DNA of 64,000 nt from Felis catus (lineage: Eukaryota), in NCBI RefSeq assembly GCF_018350175.1, contig NC_058368.1, forward strand, positions 91,080,001 through 91,144,000. Reading direction: 5' to 3'. A program made the position numbers and the translations under genes. The notes under the pieces were generated by a model. The model made no database searches, was not told the DNA's origin, and saw nothing but the letters and a program-made list of their open reading frames with translations. Positions 25,826 to 37,417 of this stretch are shown here, piece after piece (the first letter of the stretch is position 1; every line of letters begins with the position of its first letter).

Positions 25826-26993
25826 AGAAATATCCAGAGAAGATAAACTTGATTAAGCCTTTCAGCAGAATAGTTGTTCAAAGGGTTGAGGACATTATGA
25901 GCAATATCAATAGTCAATTAAAGAATAAGGCAGAGGATTTTAAGTGATTTCTTTGGCTTTTGGTGAGTCAGCAGATGTTAATGATGCTGCTTGGTTGGTG
26001 TTTATTTGATGAGTCAACACAGAGTTTAAATTAGCCTCTATAAATAATCTGTATGGAACAACTGCAAGCCAGGATATTTTTAAAGACGTTGAACAAAAAC
26101 ACCACTCATTCAGTGTAACCCAAAGTAGAGTCCCTAAGAAGTGTTCCAGTGACGGTGGTCAAAACATGTAAAGCACAGAGGCTTAGTTGAACAAATTTAC
26201 AAAGCTTGTGGAAACGGATGGTCCTAAACCAGTACTTACTCACTAGCAAGTAATATGCAGAAAATGCTGGCGTCTGTCATGTCGTATCAAACAAGTAGTG
26301 TCAGTAGTGAACTACATTAGCCCTTGTCGACTTAACTATTGTCAGTCCCGTGAATTTCCTTTTTTAGAAATTTATTGAGTCTGAATATCCTGACTTGCTC
26401 TGCTAGACAGCAGTTCAATGACTTAGCAGTAGTAAAGTTTTATTGCCTTTTTTTTTTTTAAATCAAGGCTGTGAATGGAATTTTTCTGAATGAGAACTGT
26501 GTTTAACCACCGTTATTAAGCATGGAAATTAGCTTTTGCAATGCAAACTTAATAAATATTTCTTAATAAATTCAGCTGAAAACTCAAGGCAAATCAGACC
26601 TTCTATGAAAAATGTATTCTGCTGTGAAGTCATTTCAGTAACAACTAATATTTGAATCACAAGTAATGTCAAGACACTTTATACACTTCCTCATTTGCTG
26701 CCAAAATTTAAAACAAAAAGTGCTGTCTCCATTCCCATAACCATTTTCTGCAAGTACAGATTCCGTGTATACAAACTTAAGTTCCAGCAGCATTTTTTGG
26801 ATCTCAATGCAAGTGCAAAGGGAATTTCCATGTTCCAAAACCCATTTAACAGCACAATGGAAAAGCATCCACCTAACCTCCCATTGGAAATGATTAATCT
26901 CAAATATCAAAAGAAAATATCAAGAGAATAATCTAATGAAATTCTATACATGACTTTCAAGCAGTGAATATGCTCAATTAAAATCGTATGCTC

Positions 26994-27636
26994 TTGGGAA
27001 TGCAAGCTGGTGCAGCCACTCTGGAAACCAGTATGGAGGTTCCTCAAAAAACTAAAAATAGAACTACCTACAACCCAGCAATTGCACTACTAGGCATTTA
27101 TCCACGGGATCCAGGTGTGCTGTTTCGAAGGGACACATGCACCCCCATGTTTATAGCAGCACTATCCACAATAGCCAAAGTATGGAAAGAGCCCAAATGT
27201 CCATCAATGGATGAATGGATAAAGAAGATGTGGTATATATGTAAAATGGAGTATTACTCGGCAATCCAAAAGAATGAAACCTTGCCATTTGCAACTACGT
27301 GGATGGAACTGGAGGATATTATGCTAAGTGAAATTAGTCAGAGAAAGACAAAAATCATATGACTTAACTCATATGAGGACTCTAAGAGACAAAACAGATG
27401 AACATAAGGGAAGGGAAACAAAAATAATATAAAAATAGGGAGGGGGACAAAACAGAAGAGACTCATAAATATGGAGAACAAACTGAGGGTTACGGGAGGG
27501 GTTATGGGAGGGGGGATGGGCTAAATGGGTAAGGGGCACTAAGGAATTCTACTCCTGAAACCATTGTTGCACTATATTCTAACTAATTTGGATGTAAATT
27601 TTAAAAAAATAAAAAATAAAACGAGTTAAAATAAAA
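26994..27636 (+). mobile_element. 5'-truncated carnivore L1 (ORF2 end, 3'UTR, A tail)
   Basis: ...TPMFIAALSTIAKVWKEPKCPSMDEWIKKMWY... TSD AAAATC(G/A)TATGCTC at 26980-26993 and 27637-27650. Confidence 0.93.
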
Positions 27637-27719
27637 AAAATCATATGCTCACAGACTAATATCAGTATTTGACAATGCCCATCTGATGGAAAGCACATTT
27701 TCAAAGATGAAATATTCAA

Positions 27720-28015
27720 TATTTGTGTCCTTTGGTCCACAAAAGTTTTTAATTTTGATGATGTCCAATTTACACATTTTTTTTCTTTTGTTGTTTGTGG
27801 TTTTGGTGTCAGACCTATGAAATCATTACCCAATCCAGGGTTGCAAAGATTTATGCCTAAGTTTTCTTCTAAGAATTTTATCATTTTAGCTCTTGCATTA
27901 TGTCTTTGATCCACTGTGAGTTAATTTTCATATACGGTGAGGTAGGGGTCCAACCTTATTCTTTTGCATCCAGGTGTACAGCACCATTTTTGTTGAAAGA
28001 TTATTTGTTCCCATC
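27720..28015 (-). mobile_element. Old L1 ORF2 fragment, antisense
   Basis: Minus-strand ...KMIKFLEENLGINLCNPGLGNDF...TPKPQTTKEK is L1 ORF2-like. Confidence 0.8.
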
Positions 28016-28675
28016 GGAATATGCTGATAAGGTCCATTTTAATGATACGGAATACTAACTTTAAGCAAAATAGTTATTCCCCCACCCCCAGAAAAGATTT
28101 CTAGTCTCAATAGTAGGCCTGTACTACATAAAATAATTACTCCATTGTTATGTTTTATTTCCATCATTTAAAATGTATGGAAATTTGCTTCTTGACCCAC
28201 AAAGCCTAAAGTATTCATTATCCAGTTTTCAGGCTATAGCAACCTTCTATGGGACTCAAATTAATACATAACTTTTAAGTCACTATTGAATGACTCATGA
28301 CAATTTCAGAAACAACCCATATCAACACTCATAAGTTCTTGTGGTGATGTAAATGTAGTTCCTTGTAGCACAGCTATCACCACTACTGTTCTGGAGCCTC
28401 AGTTCTAGAGCAAGAGGATATTGCACAGGGGTACCAGCTGAGGATGAAGACACACAGCTGTCCTGCTTGAGACAGCCAGTCACCTTATCCTTACTGCTGT
28501 GCTGGGATCCCAGGTGATGCTGCCTCTCTTCTCCTCTGAGAGCAAATTCCCTGGGTTTCATCATGCTTGCTTTCAGTTCATGGGTTGGAGTGTGGGGCAG
28601 CTTGCCTTCGTCCTGGAGGGGCAATGTGGTGCTAACCCTACGAAACCAATTGCCCTTCTAGAAGGAGCAGCTTTT

Positions 28676-29762
28676 GGGGACACCTGGGTGTCTCAGTCAG
28701 TTAAGCCTCTGACTCTTTGGTTTCACCTCACATCATGATCTCATGATTCATGAGTTCGAGCCCCGCACTGGGCTCTGTGTTGACAGCGCAGAGCCTGCTT
28801 AGGATTCTCTCTCTCCCTCTCTCTGACCCTCCCCCGATGACACTTGCATGGAGGCACATGCTCTCTCTCTTCTCAAAATAAATAAATAAAGTTAAAAAAA
28901 ATTATAAGGAGCAGCTTCTTCCAAAATGAACTTCGTTTCTCCTGCCCTTTGAAGGTTAGTTCAACTTTTATCCCTGTCTAGATTTTCAGAGCCTATTTCT
29001 AGTTTCAGGCCCTTCACTAGGAACCTTTGTTGAATATGGTAGATTTAACAAAGAAAGCCCTTTAAAATGCCTGTGTGGGAGGGGCGCCTGGGTAGCTCAG
29101 TTGGTTGAGTGTCCGACTTTGGCTCAGGTCATGATCTCGCAGTTGACAAGTCTGAGCCCCACCTTGGGCTCTGTGCTGACAGCTCAGCCTGGAGCCTGCT
29201 TTGGATTCTGTATCTCCCTCTCTGTGCCCCACCCCTGCTTGTGCTCTGTCTCTCTCTCTCCCTCAGAAATAAAAAATAAACATTAAAAAAATTTTTTAAA
29301 TGCCTGTGTGGGAAACATGATTTGTGTGAAGAAATAACTGAGGGAAGTAGGTGGAGCAGCCGAGAGCAGCACAAAGCAACCAAAGCCAACAGGGTCACAA
29401 GCAAACTTATGAAACAAACTAATCCTTCCACAAGCTAGTCTCCCAATAAGACAGAATAGAAGCCACCAGCAGCCCTTGTCACACAAGGCTTGTCATCTTT
29501 GACACCCAGACTTCCTAGTATAGGGTTGGCAGAAAGAGTTGTTTTCACCCTGTGCTCATTCTTTTTTTAAAAAAAAAAATTTAATGTTTATTTTTGAAAG
29601 AGACAAAGCAGGGGTGGGGCAGAGAGAAAGGGAGACAGAAGATATGAAGCAGGCTCTGTGCTGACAGCAGAGAGACAACACAGGGCTTGAACTCACGAAC
29701 TGTGAGATCATGACCTGAGCCGAAGTCAGAAACTTAACCGACTGAGCCACTCAGGCGCCCCT
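28676..29762. mobile_element. Three CAN-SINEs (~28676-28900 +, ~29081-29299 +, ~29560-29762 -)
   Basis: SINEC consensus. TSDs AAGGAGCAGCTT and AAATGCCTGTGTGGGA are visible. Confidence 0.9.
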
Positions 29763-30427
29763 GCACTGTGTTCACTCTGAAAATGTTTATTCTCACTTAT
29801 TCTGCCACAGTCCTGTGAAGAGTGAAGAGCAAGAAATGGGATACAGAAGCACAGAGCTGGTTCACCTGAGGACACAGAATATTGATCAATACAAGTGTTA
29901 CAGCTTCTGGCCTTCAGTAATTAACTGCTAGGGCCCCAACGTGGGAACTTCTTCGTACAATGACAACCACTCACCATAAATATAGACAGACTAGACAGTT
30001 TTCATTGCTTTAGAATATTTCAATGGTATAGATGAGAATGTTCTGTCAGTTTGTCTGGGTGTAATAAGAGTTGAAGTCAATTGGTTCAAGCCCTTCGACT
30101 TCATTCTCCTTTTTCAAAATTGCTTTGGCCACTCTACTTCCTACTCTAATTCTTTTTAGAATTAGCTTGTCTCTATCTACAGAAATTCCTGCTGAAATTT
30201 TTACTGGAATTGTGTTAAATCTGTAGATTTAACTGATGAGAACTGACAACTACATTAAGTTTTCCAATCTGTAAACATGACAGGTCTCTCCATTTAGTTA
30301 GGGCTTCTTTGATGTTAGTCATCAACATTTAGTAGTTTTCACCATAGAGATGCCGCACATTTGCCAAATTTTCTTTTTTCCTTCTGGAGTTACTACAAAT
30401 GGAATAGGTTGTTTAAATTTATTTTCT

Positions 30428-31915
30428 TGCCACAAAAACAAATACTCAGATCAATGGAACAGAATAGAGAACCCAGAAATAGACCCACAAAATGTATGGC
30501 CAACTAATCTTTGACAAACCAGGAAAGAATATCCAATTGAATAAAGACGGTCTCTTCAGCAAGTGGTGCTGGGAAAACTGGACAGCGACATACAGAGAAA
30601 TGAACCTGGACCACTTTCTTACACCAGACACAAAACTAAACTCAAAAGGGATGAAAGGCCTAAATGTAAAACAGGAAGCCATCAAAATCCTCAAGGAGAA
30701 AGCACGCCAAAACTTCTTTGATCTTGCCTGCAGCAACTTCTTATTCAACACGTCTCCAGAGGCAAGGGAAACCAAAGCAAAAATGAACTATTGGGACCTC
30801 ATCAAAATAAAAAGCTTCTGCACAGCAAAGGAAACAATCAGCAAAACTAAAAGGCAACTGACAGAATGGGAGAAGATGTTTGCAAATGACATAACAGATA
30901 AAGGGTTAGTATCCAAGATCTATAAAGAACTTATCAAATTCAATACCCAAAAAACAAATAATCCAGTGAAGAAATGGGCAAAAGACATGAATAGACACTT
31001 CTCCAAAGAAGACATCCAGATGGCCAACCGACATGAGAAAATGCTTAACATCACTCATCATCAGGGAAATACAAATCAAAACCACAATGAGATGCCACCT
31101 CACACCTGTCAGAATGGCTAACATTAACAACTCAGGCAACAACAGATGTTGGCGAGGATGCAGAGAAAGAGGATATCTTTGGCACTGCTGGTGGGAATGC
31201 AAACTGGTGTAGCCACTCTGGAAAACAGTATGGAGGTTCTCAAAAAATTAAAAATAGAACTACCCTCTGACCCAGCAATTGCACTACTAGGTATTTATTC
31301 CAGGGATACAGGTATGCTGTTTCAAAGGGGCACATGTACCCCAATGTTTATAGCAGCACTACCAAAAATAGCCAAAGTATGGAAAGAGCCCAAATGTCCA
31401 TCAATGGATGAATGGATAAAGAAGATGTGGTATATATAGACAATGGAGTATTACTCGGCAATCAAAAAGAATGAAATCTTGCCTTTTGCAACTATGTGGA
31501 TGGAACTGGAGAGTATTATACTAAGCAAAATTAGTCAGAGAACAACAAACATCATATGACTTCACTCATATATATCTTCACTTTATATATATCACATATA
31601 CTTTCACTTTAAGATAAAAAACAGATAAACATAAGGGAAGGGAAGCAAAAATAATGTGAAAACAGGGAAGGGGACAAAACATAAGAGACTCTTAAATATG
31701 GAGAACATACTCTGGTTTCTCTTCAGATTGCATAAATCTTTCACCTTTTTTAAATATGGAGAACAAACAGAGGGTTACTGGAGGGGTTGTGAGAGGGGGG
31801 ATGGGCTAAATGGGTAAGGGGCATTAAGGAATCTACACCTGAAATATTGTTGCACTATATGCTAACTTGGATGTAAATTAAAAAATAAATAAATAAAAAT
31901 AAATAAAATTTAAAA
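30428..31915 (+). mobile_element. 5'-truncated carnivore L1 (~1.5 kb of ORF2 C-terminus plus 3'UTR), inserted in an older antisense L1 (~29990-32620)
   Basis: ORFs 30492-31121 and 31146-31439 are frameshifted L1 ORF2 ([37 protein letters not shown]). A-rich tail. aaatt(t)attttct flanks both ends. Confidence 0.93.
31707..31749 (+). pseudogene. RNU5: U5 snRNA 5'-fragment retrocopy (nt ~1-43), tailless
   Basis: ATACTCTGGTTTCTCTTCAGATtGCATAAATCTTTCaCCTTTT matches the recalled U5 5' end with two CpG-decay mismatches. Flanked by direct repeat TTAAATATGGAGAAC (31692-31706 and 31750-31764). Confidence 0.9.
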
Positions 31916-31962
31916 AATTATTTTCTAATTGTTCATTGCTACTACACAGATAGAAAAATTAA

Positions 31963-31973
31963 TTTTTGTTTTT

Positions 31974-32028
<55 letters not shown>

Positions 32029-33581
32029 AGAGTGTGTACAAACAGGGGAGGGGCAAAGGGAGAGGGAGACAGAATCCCAAGCAGGCTCCGCACTCAGCAC
32101 AGGTCCTGCTGACACCCAACTTGATTCCACAACCCTGTGATCATGACCTGAGCCAAAATCAAGAGTTGGACACTTGACCAGCTGAGCCATCCACCCAGGT
32201 GCCCCCAGAAATTAATTTTTGTACGTTAACCCAATATCTTGTTACCTTGTTAAACTCCTAGTTTAACTCTTAATTCTGAGAGCATTTTTGTTGATTCTGT
32301 GGGGTTTTCTAAGTGGACAATTGCATCATCTGAATGAAGATCATCTCATTTCTTCCTTTCTAAACCAAATGCCTTTAATTCCTTTTTCTTGCCTGATTGC
32401 ACTGGCAAGGACCTCCAGTACAAAGTTGAATGGGAGTGTCCAGAGTGGACACATAGACTTGTTCCTGATCTCAACTTCATTCAGTTAATTACCATTAAGC
32501 ATGTTGTTGTGGGGTTTGGGTAAATGCCCCTTATTAGGTTAATTTCTCCTTTATTTCCAGTTTTCTTGGTTTTTATCATAAATGGGCATTTAATTTTGTC
32601 ATTCCCCTCCCCACATCAATTGACACAAGTATTTTTTTCTCTTCCTTGTTCAGTGTGGATAATACATGTGAATTTAAAAGTTTACTCTTTTCTCTGTCAT
32701 CTCTGTTCTGCTACTGAGTTCTTCCAATGATATTTTTTAATAAATTTTGTTATTTTTTCAGTTTTAAAATTTCCACTAGGTTCCTTTCTTTTTTAATACT
32801 ATTTTCCCACTGAAAAATTTGAAGTTTCCATTAAAAAATGGTCATACTTTGAAATACTATTGTAATACCTACTTGTTAAAAAAAATGTTTATTATTGAGA
32901 GACAGAGAGACACAAAGAGTGAGCAGGGGAGGGGTAATGGGGGAGACAGAATCTGAAGTAGGCTCCAGGCTCTGAGCTGTCAGCACAGAGCCTGACACAG
33001 GGCTCGAACTCACAAACTGCAAGATCATGACTTGAGCCAAAGTCGGTCGCTTAACCAACTGAGCCACTCAGGCGCCCCTGTAATACCTACTTTATAATAA
33101 CAAGGATCTATGTTATCTTGGGACAGTGTCTTGTCCTTTTCCTAGGAATGTTGAAATCCTCCTGACTTCTTATATTTTATATTTTACATTCTGCATTATA
33201 TCCTGGACATTTTAGATATTATGAGACTCTGGGTCCCAATCAGAGGGTAAGTGAGTCTAAGCTTGCATACACAACCCTAGATTACTTTGAGTTTTTCTCT
33301 CACCACCTGACACATTCCACCTCTCAGGGGCTACTTTCTTTTCCTGGCCTTCTGGTTAAAATCCAAGGTTTTAGGGGCGCCTGGGTGGCTCAGTTGGTTA
33401 AGCGTCCGACTTCAGCTCAAGTCATGATCCATTTGTGGGTTCAAGCCCCATGTCGGGCTCTGTGCTGACAGCTCAGAGCCTGGAGCCTGCTTCAGATTCT
33501 GTGTCTCCCTCTCTCTCTCTCTGCCCGTCCCCCTGCTCATGCTGTCTCTCAAAAATAAACATTAAAAAAATTTTTTTTTTT
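31963..33581. mobile_element. Three CAN-SINEs (~31963-32205 - with long (GA)n, ~32876-33078 -, ~33374-33581 +)
   Basis: SINEC consensus. TSDs TGTAATACCTACTT and AATCCAAGGTTTTAGG. Confidence 0.9.
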
Positions 33582-35109
33582 AATCCAAGGTTTTAGGTTC
33601 TCTCTGCTCCCACCTCATGGCTATATTTACCTCCAGGTCCAAGTAGCAGGAAGACAGTGCCTCTGAAGACAGGTAAGCGTTCTCCTCTCTGAAAGGTTTG
33701 CATCCCTTCTCAACGAAGCACCACTGTCCTTACACAGGAATGTCTGGGAATGCCAGAATGGTCTTAGTTCAAATTCTGGTCTCCTTCTTAAATTTGCCTG
33801 CTACCATGACTATTCAGAGTTCTCAGACAGCTGCTCCATGCATCCTCTCCAGGGTTTTTATATGTACTTTGTGGGAGAGATAAGGTAGCATGTGCTTACT
33901 CCATTTAAAGTGGAACAAGAACCAAAAGTTATTTTATTTCCAATGGTTGCATCCCCAGGAAATAAACTCTCAAACAGGAAATGTATACAAGTACAAAGGA
34001 AGAAGACTGACTTGAAGCTTCATATTCATCACATTATACAATGACTTCCTGCCTCCATTTTTTTAATTAAAATTGTAAACATACAGAAAAGTTGGAAGGA
34101 TGACCAATGAACATCTCTATATCCTCCACAAAGTTGACTAATTTTTCATAACAGTTGACTAATTTTTTACATGCTTACTTGCAAATGTGCTGCAAACATC
34201 ATGACTTTTCAGACTTGAAAACTTTTACATGCATCTCCTAAGAATAAGGGCAACATCCTATATACCTCAATGCCATTATCACTTCTAGGAAAATTAAACA
34301 TATGACATTATCTAACACCCATTCCATCCTCCTCCTTCCCCAAGTAACCCCCAAATGTCTTTTACAGTTTGAATTTTTTGGACTCTGAAGCCAATTAAGG
34401 ATCACACTTTGCTTGTGACTCTTCAGGGCCTTAATCTAGAAGTCTTTTTGTCCTACTACATTGGCTTGTTGAAAAGTCCTGGCCAGTTGTCTTGTACAAA
34501 GTCTCACACTCTCGGTTTGTCTGTTTCCTCATCACATAATTCAAGTTGTTCCTTTAGCTCTTAGATTTCTTATAAACACAGAAAACAATCTGGAGAGGAG
34601 GCTTAATTAGATTTTCATTAAGCATTTTTGGCAAGAATACGTCACAGATGATCATGAGTGCCTCGTACTGCATCTCATCAGGAGCCACATAAAGTCAGGT
34701 TGCCCCACCGGTAGTGAAACTCAGTTTGACAGCCAGATCTCTCCATTATAAAGGCAGATTTTTTCTTTGCAATCGGATCTGTGACCTTTGACACCATATA
34801 ATGTTCCTTAAAATTTTTTTTCACCTGATGGTTTTACTATCCATTGGATTCTCCTGATTTAATTGCATTGAGGGTTTTAAGATGGTGATTTGTCTATCAT
34901 TCCACAGACAGCTAAAAAGATGGCATTCACCAAATAAGTTCATAGACAGCTTTCCTTTTTTTTTCACTACTTTTTCATAATGGGCTCATTTTTACTTAGC
35001 ATGTTATACACAATTACAATGATTATTCTTTTCGATGTTTATATTGTGTTAAATTTCACCAGTAAGAGAACCTTCAACTTGGCTCCCGTGTCCTTCTGAC
35101 ATTATCCTT

Positions 35110-35315
35110 TTTTTAAAGAAAATTTTTTAAGTTTATTTCTGGGAGAGACAGAGACGGCACAAACGGGAACAGGCAGAGAGAGGGTGAGAGAGAATCCTAA
35201 GCAGGTTCCATGTGCAGAGCCCAACGCCGGGCTCTTCCCCACAAAACTGTGAGATCATGACCTAAGCTGAAACCAACAGTTGGATGCTTAACCAACTCAG
35301 CCACCCAGGAGCCCC
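35110..35315 (-). mobile_element. CAN-SINE
   Basis: Reverse-complement SINEC. Degenerate TSD tgacattatccttt / tgatgttatccttt. Confidence 0.85.
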
Positions 35316-36894
35316 TGATGTTATCCTTTAAGTGCTTGTCTTTAAGTGCTATCTATTGGTTTTGTTTCATAAAAAGATACCTCAGACACATTTTATATTT
35401 TCCCTGCTCCAAATGAGCCATGGTTATTTTCAGTAGGGAATAGCATTTGGAAACCAAAATCTGGGCACTAAACATGGTCATTGCTATTGGATAACCAAAC
35501 ATGTTTTTATCTGAAATATCTTGCAAATGGCTCTATCCAGTGTTAAACATTGAAGTCTTTATAAAAGCTCATTTCCTAACAAATATACAAAAATATATAA
35601 AGAGAGATTTTCTAATGAGCTAAGACAGGTCAAGAAGTACACTATGCTGAATGTCTGCATTTAATTCTAAAACCTTTCTCAGACGGTTCTAGCTACTTTT
35701 ATTAGGACAGTTTTTTAAATGATACCAACTGTGAAACTGAAATATAAAATTGTGGGAAGGTGGCACAGGGAAAATGAAATGTATCTCAAAAATATGGAAA
35801 ATATTTGGATACCCAATTTTAACCGATGACTAGAAGGTTTAATAATTAAATATTCACTTATCACTTTACACAAAAGACGTATAACAAAAACAAATGAAAA
35901 GGCAGTCTTGTATGTGAACATCGAAAAGCAATTTCACTATCTGGATCTCAGCTGGGTTTGAGGACTTATGTACAGTGATTACAAAAGCAGGTGTAATTAG
36001 GGACACATAAGAAAAACAAAGGGCATGACTGTAAGCCAATTAACAGGACTGCAGTCAGGAAGAACCTGTCAAACACAGAAATAAAACTGATGGAATTACT
36101 GTTGTTGTGCCGAACCAGTTTACAAAACAAACAGTAAGTCATACTCTCGGGACGTGAGATTGGAAGTGAATTATTGTAATTCATACCTATAATTGTCACA
36201 GAAAACAGGAGCTGGAAACTTAGATTCTAGTCTCAACTCTGCCCAATAAGCTCAGTTTTGTTAGCTATAAATAAACTAAATTAAAATTCCACCTGGCTCT
36301 AATGAGCTACCAGCTGTAGTCAGATTCTGCAAATACGTACCTTCTGCAACAGAAAACAGAGTATTTGTATCACATTCTCTCCACTGGCCTCAATTTACTG
36401 CACCTTCTATAATACTAGCCTAAGACTATTCAGTAATGTCAAGTCATGTCAAATTAAGAAATAATGTAAGGAAAAGGAAAAGAGACTCACTTTGGGAAAA
36501 ACTTCAATTTCCAAAACTGAATTCTAGGTTAATGAAACCATGTTTTTTTAATCATCAAAAACTTTCGGAGAAAATATACATATATTCCAAAGCTTGTGCA
36601 TATGTATGTTTGTACACATATGTGTATAGATATATAAATATATATATAACCTGCCAGTGACACAGTTCATGAAAAATTGAGCTTGATTATTTCCATGTGA
36701 AAATTTGAATTTAAAGAATTCCTTTTTATCTTGAGCTTCTCTTCATGGAAAAGCGTGTGTCCTGTATTTGCCTGCCATTTTAGCAAATTATGGCCTCACG
36801 CTTATTCACTTTAACTCAATGACCGTTTTTAAAAGAAAATTCATACTGAAGCTTACTCTTAGGGAATAAACTCTAATGAAAGAAACAAAACTTA

Positions 36895-37125
36895 GGGGCG
36901 CCTGGATGGCTCAGTCAGTTAAGCGTCCGACTCTTGCTTCAGGTCATGATCTCACATTTATGAGATCAAGTCTTGCATCAGGCTCTGCATTGGGTGTGGG
37001 GCATGCTTGGGATTCTCTCTCCCATTCTCTCTCTCTCTCTCTCTCCCCCCACCGCCCCTCTTCCCCACTTGTGCTCTCTCTCTAAAAAAAAAAAGAAAAA
37101 GAAAAAGAAAAAGAGAAAAGAAAAA
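36895..37125 (+). mobile_element. CAN-SINE ~300 bp downstream of the ZNF354C stop codon
   Basis: SINEC head, (CT)n body, A-rich tail. aaacaaaact TSD. Confidence 0.9.
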
Positions 37126-37417
37126 CAAAACTCACATTCCATATTTTTACTATTTTTTTAAGTTAGGCCTTTTATATTTTTTCTATGAATTTAAAAATTA
37201 TTATATGTTCTTTGTAACCTTAGCATTTAATATTTAATGATTCTTATAAAATTTGACAAATCGGTGCTCTTCATAATTCCATTGATCAATTTTACCATGA
37301 CTTAGTGGAAACTAGCGTATTTCCTCCTGAAGTAAAAAAAAAATCTTTATCTGATCTGGAGTCTGTGCCCTATTTATTATTCTCCAGTGAGGAGTCTTGA
37401 ATCATTTGAGAGAAGAA

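Larger units (their letters stand above)
25030..28230 (+). mobile_element. Fossil autonomous hAT-Charlie transposon (Cheshire-like), split by three L1 insertions
   Basis: Hand translation across frameshifts gives hAT-type blocks: LLAKQGELFTDGKLIKCLI, LAFGESADVNDAA, SINNLYGTTASQDIFKDV, MFQNPF..PPNLPLEMINL, ESTFSKMKY. The 3' end gacccacaaagcctaaagtattcattatc resembles the MER58 terminus. Confidence 0.7.

Noticed and set aside
25139..26931. Possible domesticated transposase gene (GTF2IRD2/EPM2AIP1-like)
   Set aside because: Multiple stops, frameshifts and L1 insertions. It is a fossil element.
28230..29540. Unique-looking island among repeats, considered as a processed pseudogene or relic exon
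   Set aside because: I could not recognise a protein family, polyA tail or TSD. A BLASTX search would be needed.
30492..31439. 209-aa and 97-aa ORFs as a possible gene
   Set aside because: Frameshifted, 5'-truncated L1 ORF2.
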